DNA of 54,854 nucleotides from Actinomycetota bacterium (GTDB lineage: Bacteria; Actinomycetota; Actinomycetes; Nanopelagicales; Nanopelagicaceae): assembly GCA_947505195.1 (NCBI GenBank), contig CANNIM010000001.1, positions 1 to 54,854 on the forward strand, written 5' to 3'. Below the pieces are notes generated by a model, which saw nothing but the letters and a program-made list of their open reading frames with translations, did no database searches and was not told the DNA's origin. Below are positions 19,571-29,011 of the stretch, in pieces. The position numbers and the translations under genes are program-made. Within the stretch, counting starts at the first letter, position 1. Each line of letters starts with the position of its first letter.

Positions 19571-21727
19571 ATGTCTGTTAACTCTTTCGCCGATGAACTG
19601 CGTGCTCGCAGCGATGCTGCAATTGCCGAGCTATTTCAAGTGCGCCCAGACTTGCTATCCCCAGTGCCAACTGATTTATCTGCGCTATCTGCTCGGGCAA
19701 ATTCCACGCCAAGTTTGATGCGCGCTTTGGAATCTCTGAATAAATTTCAACTAGAAGTTTTAACTGCAATTTGCACTTTAAATTCACCATTTTCAAAGGC
19801 AGAGTTACTTTCGATTACAACACCAGATGCTGGCGATGAACTGCCCCGCCTTTGGGCTGCAGGCCTTGTTTACAAAGATGGAAACCAATTTAGATTACCT
19901 GGAAATCTCCCCCATCTAATCGGAAATGAACCGGCAGGGCTTGGTCCACAATCTCTGAAGAAAATAGATTTCAAAGGCTTAAAAGATATGCCTGCAGATT
20001 CAGCTGCCGTACTTGAACGTCTAACTTGGGGTCCACCTCGAGGACAGGTTGCAAGCATTAAATCGCCAGGAAAAGCAATTGGTTGGTTATTAGAAAAAAA
20101 TTATTTGGCTGTTATGGATTCCAAAACTGTAGTTCTGCCACGAGAAGTTGGAATGTATCTTCGCGGCGGAAAAGTTTTAAAGGAGTTCACGCCATTTTCG
20201 AAGAAATTTGCTGGGACTGTGCGCAAGCAACGCGACGTTGATCGTGCGGCAATTGCAAACATCTCTAATTTTTTGAGATGGTGCGAAGAGCTTGCACATC
20301 ATTGGTCTGATGAACCTCCAACAGCGCTCCGTTCAGGTGGCCTTGGAATTCGTGATCTGAAAAGAAGTGCGGATCATCTTGGGGTACCTGAAAATTGTGT
20401 GGCGCTCGTTGCTGAAGTACTTTATTTAGGTGGCTTAATTGTTATAGATACCGATGATCAAATATTGCCGACGAACTCTTTTGATATTTGGATGTCTAGA
20501 TCTCTTGAAGAGCGATGGAGCGCCCTAGTCACTTTATGGCTAGAAACTTCACGTGTTAGTGGGCTCGTCGGAAAAACTGGCGAGAAAAATATTGCTCCAC
20601 TTGGGCCTGAACTTGATCGAGCAGGTATTGCATCCATGCGTAAGGTAACTTTGAATATCTTGTCGCAAAATTTAGAGCTAGATCCAGAATTAGAAACCCT
20701 TCAAGAAATTATTGCTTGGCAGATGCCGCAAAGATTCAATGCGGAATACATTGAGTGGACCCTTCGCGAGGCCGAATGGCTTGGCCTCACAGGACAAGGA
20801 GCGCTCTCTGAATTTGGAATTGCATTTCTCGGTGAAGCCGATGATTTAGGTGTTGAGAGCGCACTTCCTAAACCTGTTGACCATATTTTAATTCAAGCTG
20901 ATAACAGTGCAATTGCGCCTGGTCCATTAACTGTTGAACTCGCAAACATGATTGGAACAATTGCGGATATCGAAAGTCGAGGCGGTGCATCTGTGTATCG
21001 TTTTAGTGAAAGTTCAATTCGACGTGGTTTGGATCATGGTCAAACCGGCGATCAGATTAAAGATTTCTTAAAGAAAACTTCGAAAACTCCTGTGCCACAA
21101 CCATTGGAATACTTAATAAATGATGTTGCAAAACGCCACGGACGTTTACGTGTTGGTTCGGCGCAATCCTATATTCGTTGTGAAGATGAAGGATTGGTTA
21201 CCCAAATCTTGCATGATAAGAAGTTAGAATCACTTCGCTTCCGTAAATTGGCATCGCAAGTTCTTGTTTGCGATGTAGAACCTAATGATGTGATTGCAAC
21301 TCTTCGGGAGGCGAGTTATTTACCTGCTGCTGAGAATGCGAGTGGAATTCTTATCTCTGCACCTGCAATTCGGCGAGCAAAATCCAGACCGAGGCCGCCA
21401 AGAGTTTTAAGTGAAACTCATGCGCCAAGTGAAATTGTTATTAAAGCCGCGGTACGCACGCTTCGCACTGGTGAAAAAGCAAGTTCACATAAGCCACGCG
21501 AGGTTCCTCGTACAACCGCAAATGAAACTTTAGATTTACTTCATCAATATATTGAAGAGCAGGCAAGTCTCACGATCGGCTATGCCGATACAAATGGCGG
21601 GGTATCTAATCGGTTAATTGATCCAATTTCTATTTCACTAGGCACGCTTATTGCTAGAGATCACGCTACTGGTGAGATGCAGAGCTTTAGGATTCCAAGA
21701 ATCACCGGCGTCAGTCCGGCAAAGTAA
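19571..21727 (+). CDS. XPB-helicase-associated domain protein with C-terminal WYL-like domain
   Basis: N-terminal RPDL, LRSGGLGIRDL, helicase-associated segment QADNSAIAPGPL...SIRRGLDHG...PVPQPLEYLI, C-terminal YADTNGGVSNRLIDP...FRIPRITGV. Confidence 0.85.
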   Translation: MSVNSFADELRARSDAAIAELFQVRPDLLSPVPTDLSALSARANSTPSLMRALESLNKFQLEVLTAICTLNSPFSKAELLSITTPDAGDELPRLWAAGLVYKDGNQFRLPGNLPHLIGNEPAGLGPQSLKKIDFKGLKDMPADSAAVLERLTWGPPRGQVASIKSPGKAIGWLLEKNYLAVMDSKTVVLPREVGMYLRGGKVLKEFTPFSKKFAGTVRKQRDVDRAAIANISNFLRWCEELAHHWSDEPPTALRSGGLGIRDLKRSADHLGVPENCVALVAEVLYLGGLIVIDTDDQILPTNSFDIWMSRSLEERWSALVTLWLETSRVSGLVGKTGEKNIAPLGPELDRAGIASMRKVTLNILSQNLELDPELETLQEIIAWQMPQRFNAEYIEWTLREAEWLGLTGQGALSEFGIAFLGEADDLGVESALPKPVDHILIQADNSAIAPGPLTVELANMIGTIADIESRGGASVYRFSESSIRRGLDHGQTGDQIKDFLKKTSKTPVPQPLEYLINDVAKRHGRLRVGSAQSYIRCEDEGLVTQILHDKKLESLRFRKLASQVLVCDVEPNDVIATLREASYLPAAENASGILISAPAIRRAKSRPRPPRVLSETHAPSEIVIKAAVRTLRTGEKASSHKPREVPRTTANETLDLLHQYIEEQASLTIGYADTNGGVSNRLIDPISISLGTLIARDHATGEMQSFRIPRITGVSPAK

Positions 21728-21741
21728 GGCAGACTTATCCC

Positions 21742-22818
21742 ATGGCCTTCATTGAAGATTTACAGAAACTTGTTGAACTTGAATCACCAAGTGAAGACTT
21801 GAAAGCGTGCCGAGGAGTAGTTGAGCTTGCGGTGAAAATTGCAGATGAGAATTTGAACTCTGCTGCAGAAATCGTTGAGGAGAACGGTCGCCCAGTTTTT
21901 TGGTGGGGCAGCAAGAACCCTAGAATTGTTCTACTCGCACATTTGGATACGGTTTGGCCAACTGGTTCATACCTTCCTACGTGGAGCGTTACTGGCGATA
22001 TCGCAAAAGGTCCTGGAGTTTTCGACATGAAAGCCGGTTTCCTTCAAGCAATATATGCCGTTAAAGAAATTTCTGATGCACATTCAAAAGTTGCGATCAT
22101 TGCAACTACCGACGAAGAACTTGGAAGCCAGACCTCGAGAGCGTTGATCGAGAGAGTTTCAAAGTCAGCAAGTGCCGTTCTAGTTTTGGAAGCATCACTA
22201 AATGGAAAAGTTAAAACAGGTCGTAAAGGAACTGCGATGTATCAAATCGCGCTTCATGGCCGTGCATCACATGCCGGATTAGAACCCGAAAAGGGAATAA
22301 ATGCGACAACAGAAATTGCCGCAATTGTTATTGAGGTAGCCAAACTTGCTAATCCAGAATTTGGAACAACTGTTGTTCCAACCGTGATGCGAGCTGGCAC
22401 TACAACAAACACAGTTCCCGCACTTGCAACCCTTGATATAGATATTCGATCCTTTTCAGCCGCAGAACTAATACGTGTTGATAGTTCAATAAAGAGCCTT
22501 GTCGCCGCACATTCCGAAGCGAAACTTGAAGTTACTGGTGGAATCAATAGACCACCGCTAGAAACATCTGCAACCTTAGAACTCTATGAAATCCTTGAGA
22601 AGGTAGTGAGTGAAATCGGCATGCAACCTATTGGCCATGCATCGGTCGGCGGGGCAAGTGATGGCAACTTTGCAGCAGCCGCAGGTGCTCGAGTTTTAGA
22701 TGGCCTCGGTGCTGTGGGAGATGGCGCACATGCACCACATGAACAAATCTTGCTCTCTTCAATTCCGTCGCGAGTAAAACTTCTAACTGCTTTTATTAAG
22801 GAATTAATTCGTGACTGA
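21742..22818 (+). CDS. M20 family metallopeptidase (glutamate carboxypeptidase-like)
   Basis: HLDTV, GPGVFDMKAG, DEELG, HAGLEPEKG, GGASDGN, GAHAPHE. Confidence 0.88.
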   Translation: MAFIEDLQKLVELESPSEDLKACRGVVELAVKIADENLNSAAEIVEENGRPVFWWGSKNPRIVLLAHLDTVWPTGSYLPTWSVTGDIAKGPGVFDMKAGFLQAIYAVKEISDAHSKVAIIATTDEELGSQTSRALIERVSKSASAVLVLEASLNGKVKTGRKGTAMYQIALHGRASHAGLEPEKGINATTEIAAIVIEVAKLANPEFGTTVVPTVMRAGTTTNTVPALATLDIDIRSFSAAELIRVDSSIKSLVAAHSEAKLEVTGGINRPPLETSATLELYEILEKVVSEIGMQPIGHASVGGASDGNFAAAAGARVLDGLGAVGDGAHAPHEQILLSSIPSRVKLLTAFIKELIRD

Positions 22819-24463
22819 TGGCCCGCTAATTGTTCAGAGTGATAAGACGCTTCTGCTTGATATTGATCATCCACTAAGTGATGAATGCCGCAGAGCAATA
22901 GCCTCCTTTGCTGAACTTGAAAAATCACCTGAACATATTTATACCTACCGCTTAACTCCACTTGGGCTTTGGAATGCACGCGCCGCTGGACATGATGCTG
23001 AACAGGTTGTCGATGTACTTCTTAAATACTCTCGTTTTGCAGTGCCCCATGCACTTCTAGTTGATGTTGCCGAAACAATGTCACGTTATGGGCGTTTGCG
23101 GTTAGAAGCCCACCCCGTGCATGGTCTGGTATTAGTTTCATACGATCCAGCAGTTCTTAAAGAAGTTACTAGAGGCAAGAAAGTCGCACCCATGTTGGGA
23201 CTTCAACTAGATGCTGAAACTATCGTGGTGCATCCAGGACAACGCGGATTCTTAAAGCAAGCGCTCTTAAAGCTTGGTTGGCCAGCAGAAGATTTTGCAG
23301 GATATGTTGATGGCGAACACCATGAAATTGATTTAGTTCAGGACGGTTGGAAGATCCGCAAATACCAGGAGTTGGCGGCTGAGGGTTTTTGGCACGGCGG
23401 CTCAGGTGTTGTAGTACTTCCTTGTGGTGCTGGTAAAACAATTGTTGGTGCAGCAGCCATGGCACATGCGAAGGCCACAACTTTAATTCTTGTTACAAAC
23501 ACAATTGCCGCAAGACAATGGCGAGATGAATTATTGAAACGCACAACGCTTCATGAAGATGAAATTGGTGAATATTCTGGCTCCAAGAAAGAGATTCGCC
23601 CAGTAACAATTGCAACTTATCAGGTGATGACAACGCGTAAACAAGGGGTTTATGCCCACTTAGATCTCTTTGATGCAATTGACTGGGGTCTGATTATCTA
23701 CGATGAAGTTCACCTACTTCCGGCTCCGATATTTAGATTTACTGCAGATATTCAATCGCGCAGACGCCTTGGTTTAACCGCAACTCTTGTTCGTGAAGAT
23801 GGCATGGAAGGCGAAGTGTTCTCACTTATTGGGCCAAAGCGATTTGATGTTCCTTGGAAGGAGATTGAAGCTCAGGGTTACATCGCTCCTGCTGACTGTA
23901 TTGAAGTTCGCGTTAATTTAACGCAAGACGAGCGTTTGAATTATGCAACTGCAGAACCTGAAGATCGATATCGTTTCTGTTCGACAACAGCAACAAAACG
24001 TAAGGTTGCTATTGCATTAGCGAAGAAACATAGTAATGAACAAGTATTAATAATTGGCCAATACATTGACCAGCTTGATGCGCTGAGCGCTGAACTTGGC
24101 GTACCTTTAATTAAAGGCGATACCCCGATTAAAGAGCGAGAAAGGCTATTTGCTCTCTATCGCACCGGTGAAATTAAGTGTTTAGTTGTATCAAAGGTCG
24201 CAAACTTTTCAATTGATTTACCGGATGCCACAATCGCCATCCAAGTCTCGGGAACTTTCGGATCACGACAAGAGGAAGCGCAACGACTTGGCAGAATTTT
24301 GCGTCCGAAGTCTGATGGAAGAACTGCCAGATTCTATTCAATTGTTGCAAGAGACACTGTCGATCAAGACTTTGCGCAGAATCGCCAACGCTTCCTTGCG
24401 GAACAGGGATATGCCTATGGAATTATCGACGCTGATGACATCTTGATTGCTAATCCAGATTAA
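22811..24463 (+). CDS. DNA helicase XPB (Ssl2/ERCC3-like)
   Basis: MTDGPLIVQSDKT N-terminus, LPCGAGKT, DEVH, LTATLVREDG, SRQEEAQRLGRILRPK. Confidence 0.94.
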   Translation: MTDGPLIVQSDKTLLLDIDHPLSDECRRAIASFAELEKSPEHIYTYRLTPLGLWNARAAGHDAEQVVDVLLKYSRFAVPHALLVDVAETMSRYGRLRLEAHPVHGLVLVSYDPAVLKEVTRGKKVAPMLGLQLDAETIVVHPGQRGFLKQALLKLGWPAEDFAGYVDGEHHEIDLVQDGWKIRKYQELAAEGFWHGGSGVVVLPCGAGKTIVGAAAMAHAKATTLILVTNTIAARQWRDELLKRTTLHEDEIGEYSGSKKEIRPVTIATYQVMTTRKQGVYAHLDLFDAIDWGLIIYDEVHLLPAPIFRFTADIQSRRRLGLTATLVREDGMEGEVFSLIGPKRFDVPWKEIEAQGYIAPADCIEVRVNLTQDERLNYATAEPEDRYRFCSTTATKRKVAIALAKKHSNEQVLIIGQYIDQLDALSAELGVPLIKGDTPIKERERLFALYRTGEIKCLVVSKVANFSIDLPDATIAIQVSGTFGSRQEEAQRLGRILRPKSDGRTARFYSIVARDTVDQDFAQNRQRFLAEQGYAYGIIDADDILIANPD

Positions 24464-24699
24464 AGCTTGGACATTGCCAATCTAAATCTCTCTGGGTTAA
24501 CTCGGAAAAAATCATGTGGTTCATTGTTAATTAAGATAACCGGAACACTCTCGCCATACTTATCTTCGAGTTCAAGATCGCCATCGATTAATTTTTTATT
24601 GATTGTGAAGGAAAATTCACTCTGCATCTGCTCTAAAACTTCTAGGGCCACATCACAAAGATGACAATTGCTCCGTGAATAAATGCTTACTTCAACCAT
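24460..24699 (-). CDS. Glutaredoxin-like protein
   Basis: CHLC, YGESVPVILI; TAGAAT 6 nt before ATG. Confidence 0.87.
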   Translation of the reverse strand: MVEVSIYSRSNCHLCDVALEVLEQMQSEFSFTINKKLIDGDLELEDKYGESVPVILINNEPHDFFRVNPERFRLAMSKL

Positions 24700-24799
24700 T
24701 TAATAATTCTATGACAATTACGGATATTGCCAGCCTTTTCTAAGCGAGGAGAGTCCAAACAGGTGGCATCCCGAAGGTTGGACTGCTAGCGTTTTGCCT

Positions 24800-27172
24800 A
24801 TGCGTGCCAGATATCTTCTACTAATTGCAGCACTTTTTAGTGGAGTGCTTGCTGCGCCTGCATATGCACTTCCTTCGGAAGTTAAATCGATAGATGCGCC
24901 GTGGGTCTATTTTTATGCAGATCAGTCTGGAACGCCACTATTAACAAAAAGGGCCATTCCTAAAACTTTTGCTCAGGAAAAAGCCTTAGTAAAGAGTTCC
25001 TTTAGCGTTGATTTTACAAATACTCCAGATATTTATCGTCCGGCAATTAACGCTGCAGTCGATGTTTGGTCTCAGAACTTCAACTCCCAAGTCCCGGTGA
25101 AAGTTCAAGTTTTGTGGGAACGTCAGGCTTCAGCAGGAACACTTGCTGCGGCATCACCTGGAAAATTCCATTCAAATTTTAAAAACATTCCAGATAAAGA
25201 CCTCTGGTATGCATCGGCTCTGGCAGATGCAATTGCTGGTGAAGATATTGAGCCAACAATTGCCGAAGTAAATATTCGAATTAATTCGACGAATGGCCCA
25301 ATGCTCTACCTTGGAACAGATGGAAATTGTCCAAGTACAAAATATGATCTCGTGTCAATGATTTTGCATGAAATGGCCCATGGTCTTGGCTTTCTATCAA
25401 ATGCAGATTACGACACACTTTTTGGTTACGGCAGCATTCAACAACCAACACCATTTGATGCATATGCCCAACTTCCAGATGGTCGCCGATTAATGGATCT
25501 AGATTCACCATCACTCGCCTTGGGAACTGCACTAACCCAACCACTTCTCTGGTCTGGTGCAAATGGAATTCGCGCTAATAATGGAATTAAACCTCCGCTA
25601 TATACGCCAAAAGATTATGAGGGTGGATCATCAGTAAGTCACTTAGATGAAGCAACGTTTGAGAACGATCCCAAAAATGCAGTGATGTCGCCAAATTTGA
25701 AATTCGGTGAAGTTTTTCATGATCCTGGGCCGTTGTTAATGGCAATGTTCGACGACATGTTGACTAAACCTCCGGCTGGGTTGCCTTTCGGAACTCCAGG
25801 AACTCCTCGAAATGTAAAGGCTTTAGTTGGCGATCGATCAGCAATTATTAGCTTTGATCCCCCAACTAATCAGCGGACTGCGCAAGTTTCATCTTACGTA
25901 ATTAAAGTAAACCAAACTGGAGTAGAAAAAATTGTCACATCAAGCCCCGCAGTTATCACCGGGCTTACTAATGGTTCGGTCTATTCCTTTACCTTAACCG
26001 CCAAGAATGCAATGGGTATCTCAACTGAAGCGACAACCAATGGCGTTATCCCACAAGGTGTTTGGCGTAAAACCATCATCGATCCGACGGCCGATGGTAA
26101 GTATTTAGCAACAGCAACTTTTGCCGGCAAGACGATTGTTGCTTACTCTGATAGCAAGAATGGACTATTGAAGTTAGCTACTTGGAACGGTAAAAAATGG
26201 CTAATCGAAACTGTTGATGGTGATGGAACTAAGAATGGAAAGACAAAGAACAGCGTCGCTGGCAGCGTTTCAATTTGTACAAATAAGGTTGGAAAGACTG
26301 ATTACCTAAATCTTTATTATGGAGATTTAACAAATAAGGATCTTCGTCGCGCCTCTTACAATGGCAAAAAATGGAGCTTTGAAGTTATAGATGGCGATGG
26401 ACCAGTAATCCAAGATTACAAGCAGGCGGCAAGGGTAAAGACTGCAAGTGATGTGAGTGTCTCAAATGCCTGCGCAATTACTTCGGCTGGCGAGCAAGTT
26501 TTTTATCGCGATGAAAGCCAAGGCATTTTGCTCGGCGCAGTGCGCGATGGTAAAAATTGGCGCTATGAAATTGTCGATGGTGATTCACTTCTTAATGGCA
26601 GAACCATGGGTGATGTAGCTTTCCACCTTCAAGCAAAGAGCGCTGGAACTAAGGTCACTGTTGCATATGACTCAATACTTTCCATAAGTAATTCTGATAA
26701 GAGTGCGCTTCGCGGTGATGTTCGCATCGCAACTCGCGAGAGCGCATTTCCTGAAGACTGGAAGTATCAAGCACTTCAAGCAAGTAGTACAACCACAATT
26801 GTTGCGGGATATGACGTAGCCCTTACCTTGAATTCTAAGGTATTGAATGCAAGCTGGTTGGGCGCATCAGCAATTTCACTTCCAAAACCAGATCAGATTC
26901 AATGGAACAAAGTTGGCCTCGAAGCCCTTCCAAATACAGTCAAGACTGATTACTTTGGCGCACCAAGTTCACCTATCGCTGTAGATGAGTCAGCAATTAT
27001 TTTTGGTTGTGAAGATCGCATATGTGCTTTTAACAAGGTAGATAAGACTTTTAATTTGGTAGCAGCAACTAGCGCCACCTCTGCTAAATCAACGGCGTGG
27101 ATAACAATTAATAAAGTTAAATTCGCGTTGATAGCAAGTGATGGAAAACTAACCTCGTTTAGAAAGCCTTAA
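24800..27172 (+). CDS. Secreted multidomain protein: HEXXH zinc-peptidase-like domain, fibronectin type III domain and C-terminal repeat domain
   Basis: Signal peptide ending AYA, ILHEMAHGLGF, SSVSHLDE, FN3 pattern PGTPRNVKA...GLTNGSVYSFTLTAKN, repeated GKxWxxExxDGD. Start ATG 24800 follows TAGCGT. Confidence 0.75.
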   Translation: MRARYLLLIAALFSGVLAAPAYALPSEVKSIDAPWVYFYADQSGTPLLTKRAIPKTFAQEKALVKSSFSVDFTNTPDIYRPAINAAVDVWSQNFNSQVPVKVQVLWERQASAGTLAAASPGKFHSNFKNIPDKDLWYASALADAIAGEDIEPTIAEVNIRINSTNGPMLYLGTDGNCPSTKYDLVSMILHEMAHGLGFLSNADYDTLFGYGSIQQPTPFDAYAQLPDGRRLMDLDSPSLALGTALTQPLLWSGANGIRANNGIKPPLYTPKDYEGGSSVSHLDEATFENDPKNAVMSPNLKFGEVFHDPGPLLMAMFDDMLTKPPAGLPFGTPGTPRNVKALVGDRSAIISFDPPTNQRTAQVSSYVIKVNQTGVEKIVTSSPAVITGLTNGSVYSFTLTAKNAMGISTEATTNGVIPQGVWRKTIIDPTADGKYLATATFAGKTIVAYSDSKNGLLKLATWNGKKWLIETVDGDGTKNGKTKNSVAGSVSICTNKVGKTDYLNLYYGDLTNKDLRRASYNGKKWSFEVIDGDGPVIQDYKQAARVKTASDVSVSNACAITSAGEQVFYRDESQGILLGAVRDGKNWRYEIVDGDSLLNGRTMGDVAFHLQAKSAGTKVTVAYDSILSISNSDKSALRGDVRIATRESAFPEDWKYQALQASSTTTIVAGYDVALTLNSKVLNASWLGASAISLPKPDQIQWNKVGLEALPNTVKTDYFGAPSSPIAVDESAIIFGCEDRICAFNKVDKTFNLVAATSATSAKSTAWITINKVKFALIASDGKLTSFRKP

Positions 27173-28120
27173 CTAAGACATGTTTGTAAGAATATGAACT
27201 TCATTATCCAAATTTGTCTCTACTAAAACAACTGCCCCAACTCCTGATTGCCAGAGAATCTTCTTCACTTTTCCAGTAAATGAGTTTGCAGCAAGAGCCT
27301 TCCCCGCCTTTGTATATTTCACTATTACCGGTGTCGGAGATTTTGCACGCCAGGATGGAATGCCAATAATTGTTGTTTTTGAGATAAAACTCTTTAAATT
27401 ATTTACGCCCGCTTTAATGGTCGCTATTGCAGGTGGCTTTTGGGCTGGGATCTTGCCCGGAGTAAATCTGGAAAAGCTACCTGATTGATCTAACAAAATT
27501 GAGAATTGTTGAGTTGTTAAATCCTTTGTGACGGTTCCAATTATTTTCATATTAGTCCCATCGAAGTTTATGGCTGAAGGGGCCACCATGCCATCCACAT
27601 CAAAATAATAGGTTTCAGCGAGTTGTCCTGTAATTCCAACTTTCCAAATTACCAATCTATTTAGAGAATTTGTAGGAGTGGAAACAGGTTCAACAGAGAC
27701 GGAGTCCAAATTAAGCGTCGCGGAATCAACCACTGAGGTAGCGGTTTCCATCGGCTTGGATGTTGAACCGGCAATCCAAAAATATCCTGATCTATCTTTA
27801 GTTACTGCCCTAGCAATATCGTCACTTGCACTTCCTAGTCGCAAATCCCAAAGTCGAACTTTCGATTTATCTAGAGCAGTAATAAAACCATCACTTCCGC
27901 CCAGAGTTGGTGTAGTAACTAAATTTGCTAAGCCACTTTCTATAGTTCCAACAATCGCGATAACAGTTGGGTTTACTGTGAAGTCTGAAATCTGATCACC
28001 AGACCCTGCTGGAGATATTGAAGTAATTGGCGCCTTAGCTGGCGCTACCTTGATTGCTGCATTTGCACTCGGTGTAAAAAAAGCTAGGGAAAGAACTAAA
28101 AGCGCAACGCGAAATTTCAC
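27173..28120 (-). CDS. Secreted hypothetical protein with beta-propeller-like segment
   Basis: Signal peptide ending ANA; GGSDGFITALD...WDLRLGSASDDIARAVTKDRSGYFWIAGST resembles propeller blade repeats; GTGA overlap with proC. Confidence 0.7.
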   Translation of the reverse strand: MKFRVALLVLSLAFFTPSANAAIKVAPAKAPITSISPAGSGDQISDFTVNPTVIAIVGTIESGLANLVTTPTLGGSDGFITALDKSKVRLWDLRLGSASDDIARAVTKDRSGYFWIAGSTSKPMETATSVVDSATLNLDSVSVEPVSTPTNSLNRLVIWKVGITGQLAETYYFDVDGMVAPSAINFDGTNMKIIGTVTKDLTTQQFSILLDQSGSFSRFTPGKIPAQKPPAIATIKAGVNNLKSFISKTTIIGIPSWRAKSPTPVIVKYTKAGKALAANSFTGKVKKILWQSGVGAVVLVETNLDNEVHILTNMS

Positions 28121-28941
28121 GCTAGCTCCTGGGACCGATCCCGCGCCGCAGTCATTGCTTTCTCAATTACTTCACCAAAATTTGAATCTTTAAAAACCTT
28201 AAGAGCCGCAGCCGTTGTTCCGTTTGGGCTTGTAACATTTTCGCGAAGAGTCGTCGCGCTCTTTCCAGATTGCTCCAGCATTGCCGCGGAGCCAACGATT
28301 GTTTGAATAGCAAGAGCTGAAGCTTGCTCTTCCGATAAACCTAGTGCGATACCTGATCTAATAATCTCTTCTACAAATGCGAAGAAATAGGCTGGGCCAG
28401 ATCCACTCACAGCGGTTACTGCATCTTGCAATTCTTCGCCCACAGAAATCACCTTGCCACATGTGGCGAGAAAATCTGTAACAAACTTAGCCTGCTCTTG
28501 GTTCACGTTGGCGCCTAGTGAAATTGCTGCCATACCTTGTCCAATAAGCGTTGGAGTATTAGGCATAACTCTGATTACTGATACTTTGTCTGAAGTTTTA
28601 TCGCTGATGAATTTAGTGGTTTTGCCAGCAGCAAAAGAGACAAGAAGCGCACCCTTAGTTAAATCAGGAGCGATTGCTGCTAACAAATCTGCTAGGTCTT
28701 GGGGCTTAACTACCAACAAAACAACATCACTGGTTTTTGCAAGCTCACTTAATTCAACAGCCCGAGCACCATATTTCGAGGAAATCTCGCGGGCTCTATC
28801 TATTCGCTTCTCAGTGAAAACAATTTGTGCCTTTGGAAATCTCGCCGACACAAGTCCTGAAATTAACGCCTCGCCCATAACGCCAACGCCAATTAAACCA
28901 ACTTGGTATTTGGAAGTTGAGAACGAAGATTGCATTGGCAT
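28117..28941 (-). CDS. proC: Pyrroline-5-carboxylate reductase
   Basis: IGVGVMG, VKPQ, RVMPNTP, SGSGPAY, VTSPNGTT. Confidence 0.96.
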   Translation of the reverse strand: MPMQSSFSTSKYQVGLIGVGVMGEALISGLVSARFPKAQIVFTEKRIDRAREISSKYGARAVELSELAKTSDVVLLVVKPQDLADLLAAIAPDLTKGALLVSFAAGKTTKFISDKTSDKVSVIRVMPNTPTLIGQGMAAISLGANVNQEQAKFVTDFLATCGKVISVGEELQDAVTAVSGSGPAYFFAFVEEIIRSGIALGLSEEQASALAIQTIVGSAAMLEQSGKSATTLRENVTSPNGTTAAALKVFKDSNFGEVIEKAMTAARDRSQELA

Positions 28942-28976
28942 AAGAGAAGCCTACCTAAAGCCGACTTCTCGGATGT

Positions 28977-28995
28977 GCTTATTTAACAAATAAGC
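28977..28995. promoter_or_regulatory. Perfect 8-bp inverted repeat; candidate operator
   Basis: GCTTATTT-aac-AAATAAGC, 2 nt upstream of the TAGGCT -10 at 28998-29003. Confidence 0.4.
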
Positions 28996-29011
28996 CCTAG
29001 GCTCTGCGATT

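Noticed and set aside
19571-24463. Helicase plus WYL-like protein considered as an anti-phage defence island
   Set aside because: It matches the widespread actinobacterial XPB gene pair, with no nuclease, methylase or mobility genes and no obvious compositional shift
28454-28993. 179-aa antisense ORF over proC, and similar long antisense ORFs at 12900-13346, 33336-33818, 42874-43302, 44478-44894 and 50212-50625
   Set aside because: They lie opposite well-conserved genes and show no recognisable motifs; they are expected by-products of codon usage
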